DNA from: Bacteroidaceae bacterium
Lineage (GTDB): Bacteria > Bacteroidota > Bacteroidia > Bacteroidales > Bacteroidaceae
Assembly: GCA_017940605.1 (NCBI GenBank)
Contig: JAGAYF010000060.1
Coordinates: forward strand, 332 to 64,331
Direction of reading: 5' to 3'
Length of the DNA: 64,000 bases
This document shows, one piece after another, positions 1-9,719 of the stretch (the first letter of the stretch is position 1; each line of letters starts with the position of its first letter). Position numbers and translations under genes: made by a program. The notes under the pieces were generated by a model. The model had not been told where the DNA came from and did no database searches. It saw only the letters and a list, made by a program, of their open reading frames with translations.

Positions 1-49
1 ATAAGTACGTTTCAGGGAAATGGTCGTTCTCGTTTAGGATAAACAAGAC

Positions 50-152
50 CTGTGCGCCGTAAAAGATTTTCCCCAAGGCGTGGGAATTGTATGAATAAGG
101 CGTAAAAGGTGCTCAGACGGGGCGTGAAAAAACCTCTATGAGGCATAAAAAA
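50..152 (+). repeat. Dispersed intergenic repeat (GGCGTAAAA-box element), copy 1
   Basis: GCGCCGTAAAAGATTTTCCCCAAGGCGTGGG core-like segment, followed by AAGGCGTAAAAGG, GGGGCGTGAAAAAA and GAGGCATAAAAAA boxes. Aligns by eye with nine other copies in this window. Confidence 0.7.
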
Positions 153-526
153 TCAAGAATGCTGCCTGGTTGCCTTTCTGTGTCTTGTCAGACGGTTTTT
201 CAGATGTCTGTCCAGTGTCCTGCGACTGCCGGTGCGGTCCTGCGTGCTTTCTGTGCTGTGCGGGGAATGTGAGCGGGCCTGTCACCAACTTGGTGTGTAG
301 CGTGAAAATCGTGGTTTCTTGATAAGTTGCGGGGATGCCCATATTGTTATATATTATATATGTCGCGCGCGAAAGAATTATTTACAAATGTAAAAAAATG
401 AAATTTATCAGAAAAAAAAGCCAGGTTTTTGTTGTCGGGAAAAAAACTTGTTGTAATTTTACAGCGCATTGTCGCATGTCGGCATCATAAAATCGTAAAA
501 TAAAAAACATAAAAATAAATAATTGT

Positions 527-2599
527 ATGAAGAAACATTTGCTTAAATTCGATTGGATGAAGGCTTTGCCAATCTGCCTGATATTGTTGGCAGGTTTCCA
601 GATGTCTTGCAAGGATTCAGTGGATGAGGGTGATATCTACACCTTTACCGGGCAGACGATAACCCAGTATATCGCCGCTGACTCCAACTACTCCATGTTC
701 TACACAGTGCTCCAGAAGTCCAAGGTTTCCAAGACTTCCAAGAGTTATCTGAGTTCCCTGCTTTCGGCACGTGGCCATTTCGTGGCGTTTGTACCCACCA
801 ATGAGGCCATGACCGCCTATCTGGACTCCATCTACGACAAGACGGACTACACAATCGACACCATGTCCGAAGGAATCGCAAGTACGATTGCCCAGAACTG
901 TATCATCGATTATGAGGACGAGAATGCACAGATGTCAACCGAGTACCAAGTGGGTGCCATCGTCAAGGGTACGTTGAATGACCGTCACATCTTGGTTTCT
1001 TTCGATACCCTCCAGGGCGGAAAGTTCACCATCGTGCTGAATGGCAGCAGCCATATTACCCAGTCTGACATCCAGTTGTCCAATGGCTATATCCAGATCG
1101 TAGACAAGGTGCTGTCTCCTTCGAATTCCACTCTTCCTGCGCTCTTGGGAGAAGCAGAGAACATGCGAATCTTTACTCACTTGCTGGATGTGACGGGATG
1201 GGCCGATTCAATGATATGGTATCGCGATGAAGTCTACGAAGACACGCCCGATGAACAGAAGAAAACCAAGATAAAATGGACATCATACTATCCTCCTGAA
1301 CACCGCTATTACGGATTCATGGCATTCCCCGAAAGCGACAGCGTGTATAATGCACAGTGGGGCGTACCTATGCCCGTTGTTGAGAACAAGCTTGTGAGCA
1401 ACTGGGATGAGATCATGGATGTCATTAATGAGAAATGCCGCGAGGTGTATAAAGATGCAACAGACAATGATCTGACTAGCCATAACAATGCCATCAATCA
1501 GTTCGTGTCCTACCACCTCATCAACTTCAAGGAGCCCTACAACAAACTGGTGCGCCACATGACTGAGGCCGGCTTCAATGTCAATACTCCCGAGATTCTC
1601 ACGTTAAATGTTTGGGAATATATGGAAACAATGGGCCCGCCCCGTCGCTTGCTCAAGGTGACGCAGACCGCTGTCGACGGTGTGATGCACATTAACCGCC
1701 ACAGCTATTATGACAACTCATTCAATGGCACATATCGCGAGACAAGCTGCACAATTGAAGGTGCAACCATTTCGCCCAACAATGGATCATACGACAACAA
1801 CGCCTTGAACGGCTACTATTATCCCATTGACCGCATACTTCTCTACGATGAGAGCGTTCCCAATATTGTGCTGAACGAGCGTATCCGCTACCATATGGCA
1901 GCTCCCATGGGCGAGTTGATGTCCAACGACGTGCGCTGCGAGTGGGAATTGGGTAAGCGATATATTGTCCCAATTGGATATTGTGCAACCTTGGACAACT
2001 CACTATGTGAAACGGACTTCCGTCACATGGCAAAGAACGGCGGTAACTCTTGGCAAGGTATCCAGGGCAATCAGTTTGCATTTGCAAACAAGTATATCGT
2101 GACGTTCCGCTTGTTCCCCGTTCCCTATGACGGAACATACGAAGTGCGTTACGCTGTATCGAATCTTTCGACTCGTGGCTTGTGTCAGGGATATTTTGGA
2201 ACTGACCCGAATAACATGAAAGCGGTAGGTCTGCCATTTGACTTGCGTTTGTTAGGAACGGATCCCAGAATCGGTTCTGTTGCTGATGTGACATTGTTTA
2301 ATGATACTGCATTGTGTATTGAGAATGACTTGTCTATGCGCAATCATATGTATATGAAAGGACCGAAGTACTACTGTGCGAACATTCTTACGGGTCCCCA
2401 TACCAAAACATTGCGTGAGCGTACCGAATCTTTGCGCTTGATCGTGTACCGTGGCCCGATGAAAGCAGGTGAAACATACTATTTCCGCTTTAAGACTCTG
2501 CTTCCGCAGGATGCAACACGCGAATTGTTCGGTACATACTTTGAACTTGTGCCGAAGAATGTGTGGGACAACCCAATGAGGAACGAAGATGTTTGGTAA
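527..2599 (+). CDS. Fasciclin (FAS1) domain-containing lipoprotein
   Basis: 690-aa ORF. Signal peptide with lipobox-like LLAGFQMSC. FAS1 hallmark motifs FVAFVPTNEAM and NGYIQIVDKVL. Followed by a hairpin plus T-run. Confidence 0.8.
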   Translation: MKKHLLKFDWMKALPICLILLAGFQMSCKDSVDEGDIYTFTGQTITQYIAADSNYSMFYTVLQKSKVSKTSKSYLSSLLSARGHFVAFVPTNEAMTAYLDSIYDKTDYTIDTMSEGIASTIAQNCIIDYEDENAQMSTEYQVGAIVKGTLNDRHILVSFDTLQGGKFTIVLNGSSHITQSDIQLSNGYIQIVDKVLSPSNSTLPALLGEAENMRIFTHLLDVTGWADSMIWYRDEVYEDTPDEQKKTKIKWTSYYPPEHRYYGFMAFPESDSVYNAQWGVPMPVVENKLVSNWDEIMDVINEKCREVYKDATDNDLTSHNNAINQFVSYHLINFKEPYNKLVRHMTEAGFNVNTPEILTLNVWEYMETMGPPRRLLKVTQTAVDGVMHINRHSYYDNSFNGTYRETSCTIEGATISPNNGSYDNNALNGYYYPIDRILLYDESVPNIVLNERIRYHMAAPMGELMSNDVRCEWELGKRYIVPIGYCATLDNSLCETDFRHMAKNGGNSWQGIQGNQFAFANKYIVTFRLFPVPYDGTYEVRYAVSNLSTRGLCQGYFGTDPNNMKAVGLPFDLRLLGTDPRIGSVADVTLFNDTALCIENDLSMRNHMYMKGPKYYCANILTGPHTKTLRERTESLRLIVYRGPMKAGETYYFRFKTLLPQDATRELFGTYFELVPKNVWDNPMRNEDVW

Positions 2600-2635
2600 A
2601 ACAGTGTGAGAGAATACGAAACGACATAATGGAAG

Positions 2636-2668
2636 GCCATCCCTTGGTTGGGGTGGCTTTTCTTTTTC
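2636..2668 (+). terminator. Rho-independent terminator-like hairpin after the fasciclin gene
   Basis: GCCATCCC / GGGGTGGC stem (one G-U pair), 6-nt loop, then TTTTCTTTTTC. Confidence 0.6.
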
Positions 2669-2699
2669 CTATTTTGACTGTTAATTTCCGACAAATCCT

Positions 2700-2707
2700 T
2701 ATCTTTG
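2700..2707 (+). promoter_or_regulatory. Bacteroidetes -7 promoter box (TATCTTTG)
   Basis: Exact match to the TAnnTTTG consensus, about 100 nt upstream of the lolD-like start. Confidence 0.45.
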
Positions 2708-2806
2708 CAGCATTATTCGGCATTGCGAATGCGCAGCTTTGTTGAATAAGTGGTTTCGTGCGGACTAATGGGTGTCTGGTCGCGGTGAAAGAGATAATTG
2801 TTCAGA

Positions 2807-3484
2807 ATGATAGAGATTTATAACATAACAAAGAGCTTCGGCGCGCTTCAAGTATTGAAGGGCATTGACTTAAACATCAACAGCGGCGAGGTGGTGAGCA
2901 TCGTAGGACCCAGCGGTGCGGGTAAGACGACATTATTGCAGATTTTGGGTACGCTCGATAGGCCCGATACTGGGTTCGTTATTTTTGGCGGCAACGATGT
3001 GTGCCGCTTGAAAGGCAAGGCCTTGTCGCAGTTCAGGAACAAGGAGATCGGCTTTGTGTTTCAGTTCCACCAACTGCTGCCTGAGTTTACGGCATTGGAG
3101 AATGTAATGATTCCTGCATTCATCGCCGGCATGGGAAGGCGCGAAGCGTACCAGCGCGCCACCGAATTGCTGGATTTCATGGGGTTGTTGGGCAGGGCTG
3201 AGCATCGTCCCAAGCAATTGTCGGGGGGCGAGAACCAGCGCGTGGCCGTTGCGCGCGCCTTGGTCAACCATCCGTCCGTCATCTTAGCCGATGAGCCATC
3301 GGGCAGCCTTGACAGTCAGAACAAACAGGAGTTGCACCAATTGTTTTTCGATTTGCGCGACCGTTTCGGCCAGACATTCGTCATCGTGACCCACGATGAG
3401 CAGCTGGCCCAGCTCACCGACCGCACCATCCACATGAAAGACGGTCTGATCGTCAATGCAGCCCCTAAGAGTGCCACCCTATAA
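2807..3484 (+). CDS. lolD: Lipoprotein-releasing / MacB-type ABC transporter ATP-binding protein (LolD family)
   Basis: Walker A GPSGAGKT, signature LSGGENQR, Walker B ILADEPSG. LolD-like [18 protein letters not shown] block. ATG at 2807 preferred over TTG at 2798. Confidence 0.85.
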   Translation: MIEIYNITKSFGALQVLKGIDLNINSGEVVSIVGPSGAGKTTLLQILGTLDRPDTGFVIFGGNDVCRLKGKALSQFRNKEIGFVFQFHQLLPEFTALENVMIPAFIAGMGRREAYQRATELLDFMGLLGRAEHRPKQLSGGENQRVAVARALVNHPSVILADEPSGSLDSQNKQELHQLFFDLRDRFGQTFVIVTHDEQLAQLTDRTIHMKDGLIVNAAPKSATL

Positions 3485-3493
3485 TTTTTCGCC

Positions 3494-4324
3494 ATGTCAT
3501 ATAGCATAGGAAAATTCAATAGATTGAGAATCGCCGACTTCAATTCGCACGGCGCACTGCTGGACGGCGGCACTGAGCAGGTGCTGATGCCAGGCAAATA
3601 CGTGTCGCCCGAAAGCAAGGTGGGCGATGAAGTCGAGGTGTTTGTCTACTTGGACCAGCAGGACCGCCCGGTGGCCACGACGGAACAGCCTTTGGCTCAA
3701 GTCGGCCAGTTTGCATTCCTGCGTGTTGCGTGGGTAAACAAGTACGGCGCGTTCCTCCACTGGGGAGTCACCAAGGACCTTTTTGTCCCCTATCGTGAAC
3801 AGGCCCGCCGCATGGTCAAGGACGCGGCCTATTTGGTCTACATCTACATTGATCAGGTCACGGGGCGCATTGTCGCTACCAACAAGCTGGACCGTTATGT
3901 GCAAATCCAGAAACAAGGCTATGCCAAGGGTCAGAAAGTCAATGTGTGGGTTTGGAAACAGACCGAAATGGGGTTCAAGGTCATCGTGGACAACCAATAT
4001 CAGGGCTTGGTGTTCAAGAACGAGATTTTCCGCCCTCTGCACATCGGCGATGCCCTCACGGCCGTTGTCAAGTCGGTGCGTCCCGATGGCAAACTGGATA
4101 TATCACTGCAGAATGACGGCAAGCGCCACCTGGATGATTTCTCTGAGCAGCTCTTTGCACAGTTGCAGGCGGCGGGCGGTTTTCTGCCCGTCAATGACGA
4201 CACTCCTCCTGAGGAGATATACCAGCGCTTCGGTGTCAGCAAAAAAACCTTCAAGCGTACGATTGGTACGCTCTATAAGAAACAAGTCATCAGTTTGGAG
4301 GACGACGGCATCCGTCTGGTGTAA
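3494..4324 (+). CDS. cvfB: S1-like RNA-binding domain protein, CvfB/YitL family
   Basis: 276 aa with repeated S1-like segments (GKFNRLRI..HGALLDGG; QVGQFAFLRV; GQKVNVWVWKQTEMG) and a C-terminal winged-helix-like tail GVSKKTFKRTIGTLYKK. Confidence 0.8.
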   Translation: MSYSIGKFNRLRIADFNSHGALLDGGTEQVLMPGKYVSPESKVGDEVEVFVYLDQQDRPVATTEQPLAQVGQFAFLRVAWVNKYGAFLHWGVTKDLFVPYREQARRMVKDAAYLVYIYIDQVTGRIVATNKLDRYVQIQKQGYAKGQKVNVWVWKQTEMGFKVIVDNQYQGLVFKNEIFRPLHIGDALTAVVKSVRPDGKLDISLQNDGKRHLDDFSEQLFAQLQAAGGFLPVNDDTPPEEIYQRFGVSKKTFKRTIGTLYKKQVISLEDDGIRLV

Positions 4325-4409
4325 ATTTTCCTAAATACGTTCGTTAGTTACTGATTATCAGTGATTCTCTTTCTGCGTTTGTTCATAGGAATCAAACGCG
4401 GTCTTGGAA

Positions 4410-4500
4410 TGATTCTCCAAGGCGTGAAAACCTCGTGAACAAGGCGTAATAGCAGGGCCAATGCGGCCTGAAAAATTTCTGATAAGGCGCAAAAAATGCC
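4410..4500 (+). repeat. Dispersed intergenic repeat, copy 2
   Basis: CCAAGGCGTGAAAACC, GAACAAGGCGTAATAG, ATGCGGCCTGAAAAATTTCTGATAAGGCGCAAAAAATG. Confidence 0.8.
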
Positions 4501-4766
4501 CTTGCCTGCGGCAGCGTCTGTCTGTCGTGCCCCAGAGCGTGTGTTCAGTTGCATTCGCCAGCCTCTCCACGCCTGCAGGCGGCTGCATCTTTGGTCCTTG
4601 TCACGTGGCAAGCCGGTACGCACTTCCCGTGTGCCTGGCCTCCATGTCACTGCACAGGTCCGCGTGGCCTGTTTTCTGTGGGCAGAAAGTGCGGAATTGC
4701 AGATTTATGATTAACTTTGCATTCCCTTACGGCTTGCCTTGGATGCAGGTCGTGTATGCTTGAAAT

Positions 4767-5531
4767 ATGTTAGAAGTTAAGAATTTATGTGCCTCGGTCG
4801 AGGGTAAGGAGATACTGAAGGGTGTGAACCTACGCATTGGCCATGGCGAAATCCATGCCCTCATGGGCCCCAATGGCTCGGGCAAGAGTACGCTGAGCAA
4901 TGTGCTGGTGGGCAATCCGCTGTATGAGGTGACACAGGGCACGGTCGCCTTTAACGGCAAGGATTTGTTGGCCATGAAGGCCGAAAACCGCAGCCATGAA
5001 GGGCTGTTCATGTCTTTCCAGCAGCCTGTGGAGATTCCCGGTGTGAGCATGGTCAACTTCCTGCGTGCCGCCATCGATGCCAAGCGCAAGTACCTGGGGC
5101 TGCCGCCCGTCAATACGGCCGATTTCCTGAAGGAGATGAAGGAAAAGCGCAAGATGGTGGGGTTGGATGCAGCCCTGGCACGGCGCAGCGTCAATGAGGG
5201 CTTCAGCGGAGGCGAGCGCAAGCGCAATGAAATTTTTCAGATGGCCATGCTGCAACCTCGGTTGGCCATTCTGGATGAAACTGATTCGGGCCTGGATGTC
5301 GATGCGCTTCGCATCGTGGCTGAGGGCTTCCACCAATTGCGCAATGATGAGATGAGTGCCATTGTCATCACGCATTACAGAAAAATGTTGGAGTACCTGC
5401 GCCCCGACGTGGTGCATGTCATGATGGACGGGCGCATTGTCAAGACCGGCGGCCCAGACCTGGCCGACCGCATCGAGGCCGAGGGATTTGACTGGGTGAA
5501 GGCCGAGGTTGGTGCTTCGGCCGCACAATAG
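4767..5531 (+). CDS. sufC: Fe-S cluster assembly ATPase SufC
   Basis: MLEVKNL..GEIHALMGPNGSGKSTLSNVL; FSGGERKRNEI; LAILDETDSGLDVDAL. Confidence 0.95.
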   Translation: MLEVKNLCASVEGKEILKGVNLRIGHGEIHALMGPNGSGKSTLSNVLVGNPLYEVTQGTVAFNGKDLLAMKAENRSHEGLFMSFQQPVEIPGVSMVNFLRAAIDAKRKYLGLPPVNTADFLKEMKEKRKMVGLDAALARRSVNEGFSGGERKRNEIFQMAMLQPRLAILDETDSGLDVDALRIVAEGFHQLRNDEMSAIVITHYRKMLEYLRPDVVHVMMDGRIVKTGGPDLADRIEAEGFDWVKAEVGASAAQ

Positions 5532-5548
5532 CTGAACCTGCTTTGAAG

Positions 5549-6922
5549 ATGGATAGCTTGGCACAATACCTCCGGTTGTTCGACCAAAACAGGCCCTTGC
5601 TGCTCGACGGCCCGCAAGCCGTGGCCGCGCCGTTGCGGCTCAGGGCCTATGAGGCATTGCAGACCCATGGCCTGCCCACGAGAAAGGAGGAAAAATACCG
5701 TTATACCGACGTCCAGTCCTGCCTGGCCCTTGACTATGGTCTGAACCTGCACCGCAGGCCTTCCGGCATGGAGGCCCATGACGTGAGTCGCGGCAGGGTG
5801 GCGGGCGTAAATGGGCCGCTTGTGCTGATGGCCAACGACGAAGTCCTCTCGGTGGCCGACGTCCGCTGTCCCATGCCCGCAGGGGTCGAGGTGAACTCCT
5901 TGGGTGTCGTGGCTGCCCAGTCACCACGGTGGCTGGCCGACCACCTGGCCCAATTGGCCGTTGTGGAACAGGACAGTATGGTAGCGCTCAATACCCTGTT
6001 GGCCCAGGAAGGGCTGGTGGTCCGCGCCCATGCCGGCTGTTGCCCCGGGCAGCCCATTCAGGTTGTATGTCAGGGCGCGAGCCAAATGGACCTGATGACA
6101 CTGCGCCGCCTGCTCGTCGTTGTGGAGGAAGATGCCGAACTCTCTCTCCTGATGGTTTACCGCGATGCAGGTGAGTACAGGCGTTTGGTGTCTCAGGTGG
6201 CCGAGGTATACCTGGAAAAGAATGCGCGGTTGCACCTGTGGCTTGTAGAGCAAGGTCAGGCCGCCACCCAACTGTTTGACCATGTCGTGGTGCGGCAGGC
6301 GGCTCGCAGTCGGCTGGATTGCGGTTGCTTCTCCCTGCAGGGCGGAACGACGCGGCGCACCCTGGAGGTGTGCCAACTGGGACAGGAAGCCGTGACCCAG
6401 GTATACGGCGGTGTCATAGGGCTGGGCCGCGAGCACGTAGACAACCACCTGCTCATCCGGCACGAAGCCCCCAATTGTCAGAGCGATGTCCTATTTAAAT
6501 ATGTATTGGACGATGAGAGCGTAGGCGCATTTGCCGGTAAGGTGCTGGTGCAGCGCGGTGCGCAAAAGATACAATCCCAGGAGACCAATGCCAACCTGTG
6601 CGTGTCGCCCACGGCGCGTATGTTTACCCAGCCCATGCTGGAGATATATGCCGATGACGTGAAGTGCAACCACGGATCTACGGTCGGCCGATTGGACGAG
6701 AGAGCCCTTTTCTACATGGCCCAGCGCGGCATACCCGAGCCCGAGGCCCGCATGTTGTTGCAGGAAGCCTTCTTGGGCGAGGCCGTTGCGCGTGTGGCCC
6801 ATGAGCCCTTGCGCGAAAGGCTGTCCTATTGGGTGGAGGAGCGTTTCCGCTATAAAATGGGGCACTGCAATGGGTGTGACATTTGTGATACAGAACGTTT
6901 GTTGAAAGAAAAGAAAGAATAG
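5549..6922 (+). CDS. sufD: Fe-S cluster assembly protein SufD
   Basis: 457 aa directly after sufC. C-terminal SufD-type block CNHGSTVGRLDERALFYMAQRGIPEPEARMLL. ATG at 5549 (TTG at 5543 also possible). Confidence 0.9.
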   Translation: MDSLAQYLRLFDQNRPLLLDGPQAVAAPLRLRAYEALQTHGLPTRKEEKYRYTDVQSCLALDYGLNLHRRPSGMEAHDVSRGRVAGVNGPLVLMANDEVLSVADVRCPMPAGVEVNSLGVVAAQSPRWLADHLAQLAVVEQDSMVALNTLLAQEGLVVRAHAGCCPGQPIQVVCQGASQMDLMTLRRLLVVVEEDAELSLLMVYRDAGEYRRLVSQVAEVYLEKNARLHLWLVEQGQAATQLFDHVVVRQAARSRLDCGCFSLQGGTTRRTLEVCQLGQEAVTQVYGGVIGLGREHVDNHLLIRHEAPNCQSDVLFKYVLDDESVGAFAGKVLVQRGAQKIQSQETNANLCVSPTARMFTQPMLEIYADDVKCNHGSTVGRLDERALFYMAQRGIPEPEARMLLQEAFLGEAVARVAHEPLRERLSYWVEERFRYKMGHCNGCDICDTERLLKEKKE

Positions 6923-6927
6923 TTCCC

Positions 6928-8139
6928 ATGCTGGATATTCGCAAGATAAGGGAGGAATTTCCCATCCTGCATACGCAGGTGTACGGCAAGCCGTTGACCT
7001 ATCTGGACAACGCGGCCACGACGCAGAAGCCGCGGTGCGTGGTCGAGGCGGAGCGTCAGCAATACTATACCCTGAATGCCAATGTGCACCGTGGGGTTCA
7101 TTACCTGTCGGAGCAGGCCACCGATTTGTTGGAGCAGGCGCGCGATTCAGTCCGCCGGTTCATCGGCGCGGCCTCCGTGCAGGAGATTGTCTTTACGCGT
7201 GGCACGACCGAGGGAATCAACCTTGTGGCCAGCTCCCTGGGGCAGGGATGGCGCGAAGGTGACGAAATCCTGGTTTCGGCCATGGAGCACCACTCCAATA
7301 TCGTGCCCTGGCAACTGTTGGCCCAGCGCAGGAAATTGGTCGTCAAGGTCATCCCCATGGACGACCAAGGCAATTTGTTGCTGGATGCCTATGCCTCGCT
7401 CTTTACCGAGCGCACGCGTATGGTTTGTGTCACCCAGGTGTCCAATGTCCTTGGTACGGTCAATCCTGTCAGGGAGATGGCACGCATAGCCCATGCGCAC
7501 CAGGCGCTTGTCTTGGTGGACGGTGCGCAGAGCACGCCCCACATGCCCGTCAATGTGGCCGACATGGATTGCGACTTCTTTGTCTTCAGCGGACACAAGG
7601 TGTATGCCCCCACAGGCATCGGTGTCCTGTACGGCAAGGAGGCTTTGTTGGAAAAGATGCCCCCCTACCAGGGCGGAGGTGAGATGATTGCTTCCGTTAC
7701 GTGGGACAAGACGGTGTTTGAGGAGCTTCCCTATAAGTTTGAGGCTGGTACGCCCAACTATGTGGGCAGCCATGCGCTGAAGGTGGCCCTGGACTACGTG
7801 CAGGCCTTGGGTCTGGAAGACGTCAACGCCTATGAGCGCAGCCTGGGGAGCTATGCGCGTGAGCGCATGGCCGGCATCGATGGCTTGCGCATCTATGGCG
7901 AGGCTTCGGAGCGCGAGGCCATTGTCTCTTTCCTCGTGAAGGGCATCCATCATTTGGACATGGGTACTTTGCTCGACCGCCTGGGAATTGCAGTGCGCAC
8001 GGGCCACCACTGTGCCCAGCCCGTGATGGACCGCATGGGCATTGACGGTACGGTGCGCGCGTCGTTCTCTTTCTATAACACCCGCGAGGAGGTCGATGCG
8101 CTCGTGGATGGCATAGAAAGGGTGCGGAAAATGTTCTGA
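6928..8139 (+). CDS. sufS: Cysteine desulfurase SufS (class V aminotransferase)
   Basis: IREEFPIL..YLDNAATTQKP; PLP-Lys context FSGHKVYAPTGIGVLYG; active-site loop RTGHHCAQP. Confidence 0.95.
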   Translation: MLDIRKIREEFPILHTQVYGKPLTYLDNAATTQKPRCVVEAERQQYYTLNANVHRGVHYLSEQATDLLEQARDSVRRFIGAASVQEIVFTRGTTEGINLVASSLGQGWREGDEILVSAMEHHSNIVPWQLLAQRRKLVVKVIPMDDQGNLLLDAYASLFTERTRMVCVTQVSNVLGTVNPVREMARIAHAHQALVLVDGAQSTPHMPVNVADMDCDFFVFSGHKVYAPTGIGVLYGKEALLEKMPPYQGGGEMIASVTWDKTVFEELPYKFEAGTPNYVGSHALKVALDYVQALGLEDVNAYERSLGSYARERMAGIDGLRIYGEASEREAIVSFLVKGIHHLDMGTLLDRLGIAVRTGHHCAQPVMDRMGIDGTVRASFSFYNTREEVDALVDGIERVRKMF

Positions 8140-8141
8140 TC

Positions 8142-8747
8142 ATGCTCTTGCCTTATCTGAACAAGGGAATGGTCGAGGCGGGATGCGACGAGGCAGGCCG
8201 CGGATGCCTGGCAGGCAGCGTGTATGCCGCGGCGGTCATCTTTCCCCCCGATTACCATAACGCCGAAATCAATGACAGCAAACAACTGTCGGCGCACAAG
8301 CGGAACTTGCTGCGCAAGATGATACAGCGTGATGCCCTGGCGTGGGCCTTGGGCATCGTGACACCCCAGGAAATCGACAGAATAAACATCCTAAACGCCT
8401 CCATCCTGGCCATGCACAGGGCACTGGATGCGCTTGCGGTGCGTCCCGAGGCCATCATCGTGGACGGCAACAAGTTTAAGCCCTATCGCAACCTGAAGCA
8501 CACGACCGTAGTCAAGGGTGACGGCAAGTACCTCTCCATAGCTGCGGCCAGCATCCTGGCCAAGACGTACCGCGATGACTACATGCTGGCGTTGCATACC
8601 GAGTATCCTGGCTACGGGTGGAATCGCAACATGGGCTACCCCACGCGCGAGCATCGCGAGGCCATTGCCCGTCTGGGCACAACCCCTTACCATCGCATGA
8701 GCTACAATCTGTTGGGCGCGCGCCAACTGGAACTCCCGTTTGACTGA
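8142..8747 (+). CDS. rnhB: Ribonuclease HII
   Basis: GCDEAGRGCLAGSVYAAAVI; DSKQLS; ASILAK. Starts 2 nt after the sufS stop. Confidence 0.95.
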   Translation: MLLPYLNKGMVEAGCDEAGRGCLAGSVYAAAVIFPPDYHNAEINDSKQLSAHKRNLLRKMIQRDALAWALGIVTPQEIDRINILNASILAMHRALDALAVRPEAIIVDGNKFKPYRNLKHTTVVKGDGKYLSIAAASILAKTYRDDYMLALHTEYPGYGWNRNMGYPTREHREAIARLGTTPYHRMSYNLLGARQLELPFD

Positions 8748-8750
8748 GCC

Positions 8751-9659
8751 ATGAACTTCGATGCCTTTCAGAAACAGCTCCAGCTTATGGAACTCCTGAC
8801 ACGCCAAGGCGGGGCTACGCTCGAGGAACTGTCCCATTCGCTGGGCATCACGGCGCGTTCCGTCTACCGCTACATAGAGTTCTACCGTGAGACCGGCTTC
8901 GGCATCCTGCGCGAGGGCCAGCGCTACATGCTTGACCCCAAGTCGCCGTTCTTCCGCAAGGTGGCCGGCGGTGCTTACTTCAGCGAGGACGAAGTGGACA
9001 CGCTGCTTCACGTCATTGAGCAGACTGACCGCCACGATTCCCAGACCGACCTGCTGCATTCCAAGCTCATGCGCCAAAGCAAGTGGCGCGTCATGAGCCG
9101 CTACGTCTCCAACCGCACCTATGCCGACAATGTGCGCTTCCTCTACAAGGCCGTTGCCGACCATCGGATGGTCAAGCTCCATCAGTACAAGTCATTGCGC
9201 AGCGGCACGGTGTCCGACCGCATCGTCGAGCCCTATGCCTTCCTGGGCGATAAGGACAGCGTACGCTGCTACGAACCCTCCAGTCAGGAGAACAAGACAT
9301 TCCGCGTATCGCGCATCGGCGTGGTGGAACTCCTCCCCGTTCACTGGAACGATGCTGCGCGGCACGACACCCTCTTCACCGATTCCTTCCACTTCAGCGG
9401 CGACCGCTACCACGAGGTGCGCGTCAGGCTCGACTTCCTGGCCGTGCAGCTGCTGCTGGAGGAATATCCGGCCTGCGAGGTCGACCTGAGGCCACTCGAC
9501 GAAACCCACTGGCTGCTGCATACACGCGTGTGCAGCTTCAAGGGCATTGGACGCTTCTGCCTGAGCCTGCCGCGCAACGTGCAGGTCCTGGGGGAGGACG
9601 ATTTTGTGGAATATTTCCATGATGAAGTGAAATATTTAACGCAAAATAACACCGACTGA
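8751..9659 (+). CDS. HTH + WYL domain transcriptional regulator
   Basis: N-terminal winged HTH (LEELSHSLGITARSVYRYIEFYRETG). Central WYL-like segment (MVKLHQYKSLRSGTVSDRIVEPYAFLGDKDSVRCYE..KTFRVSRI). Starts 3 nt after the rnhB stop. Confidence 0.8.
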   Translation: MNFDAFQKQLQLMELLTRQGGATLEELSHSLGITARSVYRYIEFYRETGFGILREGQRYMLDPKSPFFRKVAGGAYFSEDEVDTLLHVIEQTDRHDSQTDLLHSKLMRQSKWRVMSRYVSNRTYADNVRFLYKAVADHRMVKLHQYKSLRSGTVSDRIVEPYAFLGDKDSVRCYEPSSQENKTFRVSRIGVVELLPVHWNDAARHDTLFTDSFHFSGDRYHEVRVRLDFLAVQLLLEEYPACEVDLRPLDETHWLLHTRVCSFKGIGRFCLSLPRNVQVLGEDDFVEYFHDEVKYLTQNNTD

Positions 9660-9719
9660 CACACGCTGTCACAAAACGGCCGTTCCTTTGCACCGTAACC
9701 AAGAAACAAGTTGAACACG

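Noticed and set aside
4461-4763. ORFs that start inside dispersed-repeat copies, for example MRPEKF.. at 4461, and 31081-31347, 55483-55752 and 41671-41868 (-).
   Set aside because: - The ATG belongs to the conserved ATGCGGCCTGAAA core.
- Downstream frames, lengths and stops differ between copies.
- The downstream sequence is not conserved at the protein level.
4325-4766. A degraded sufB remnant in the spacer upstream of sufC.
   Set aside because: - The spacer is only 442 bp, against about 1.4 kb for sufB.
- No frame gives SufB-like peptides.
- The sequence is accounted for by the dispersed repeat and its GC-rich tail.
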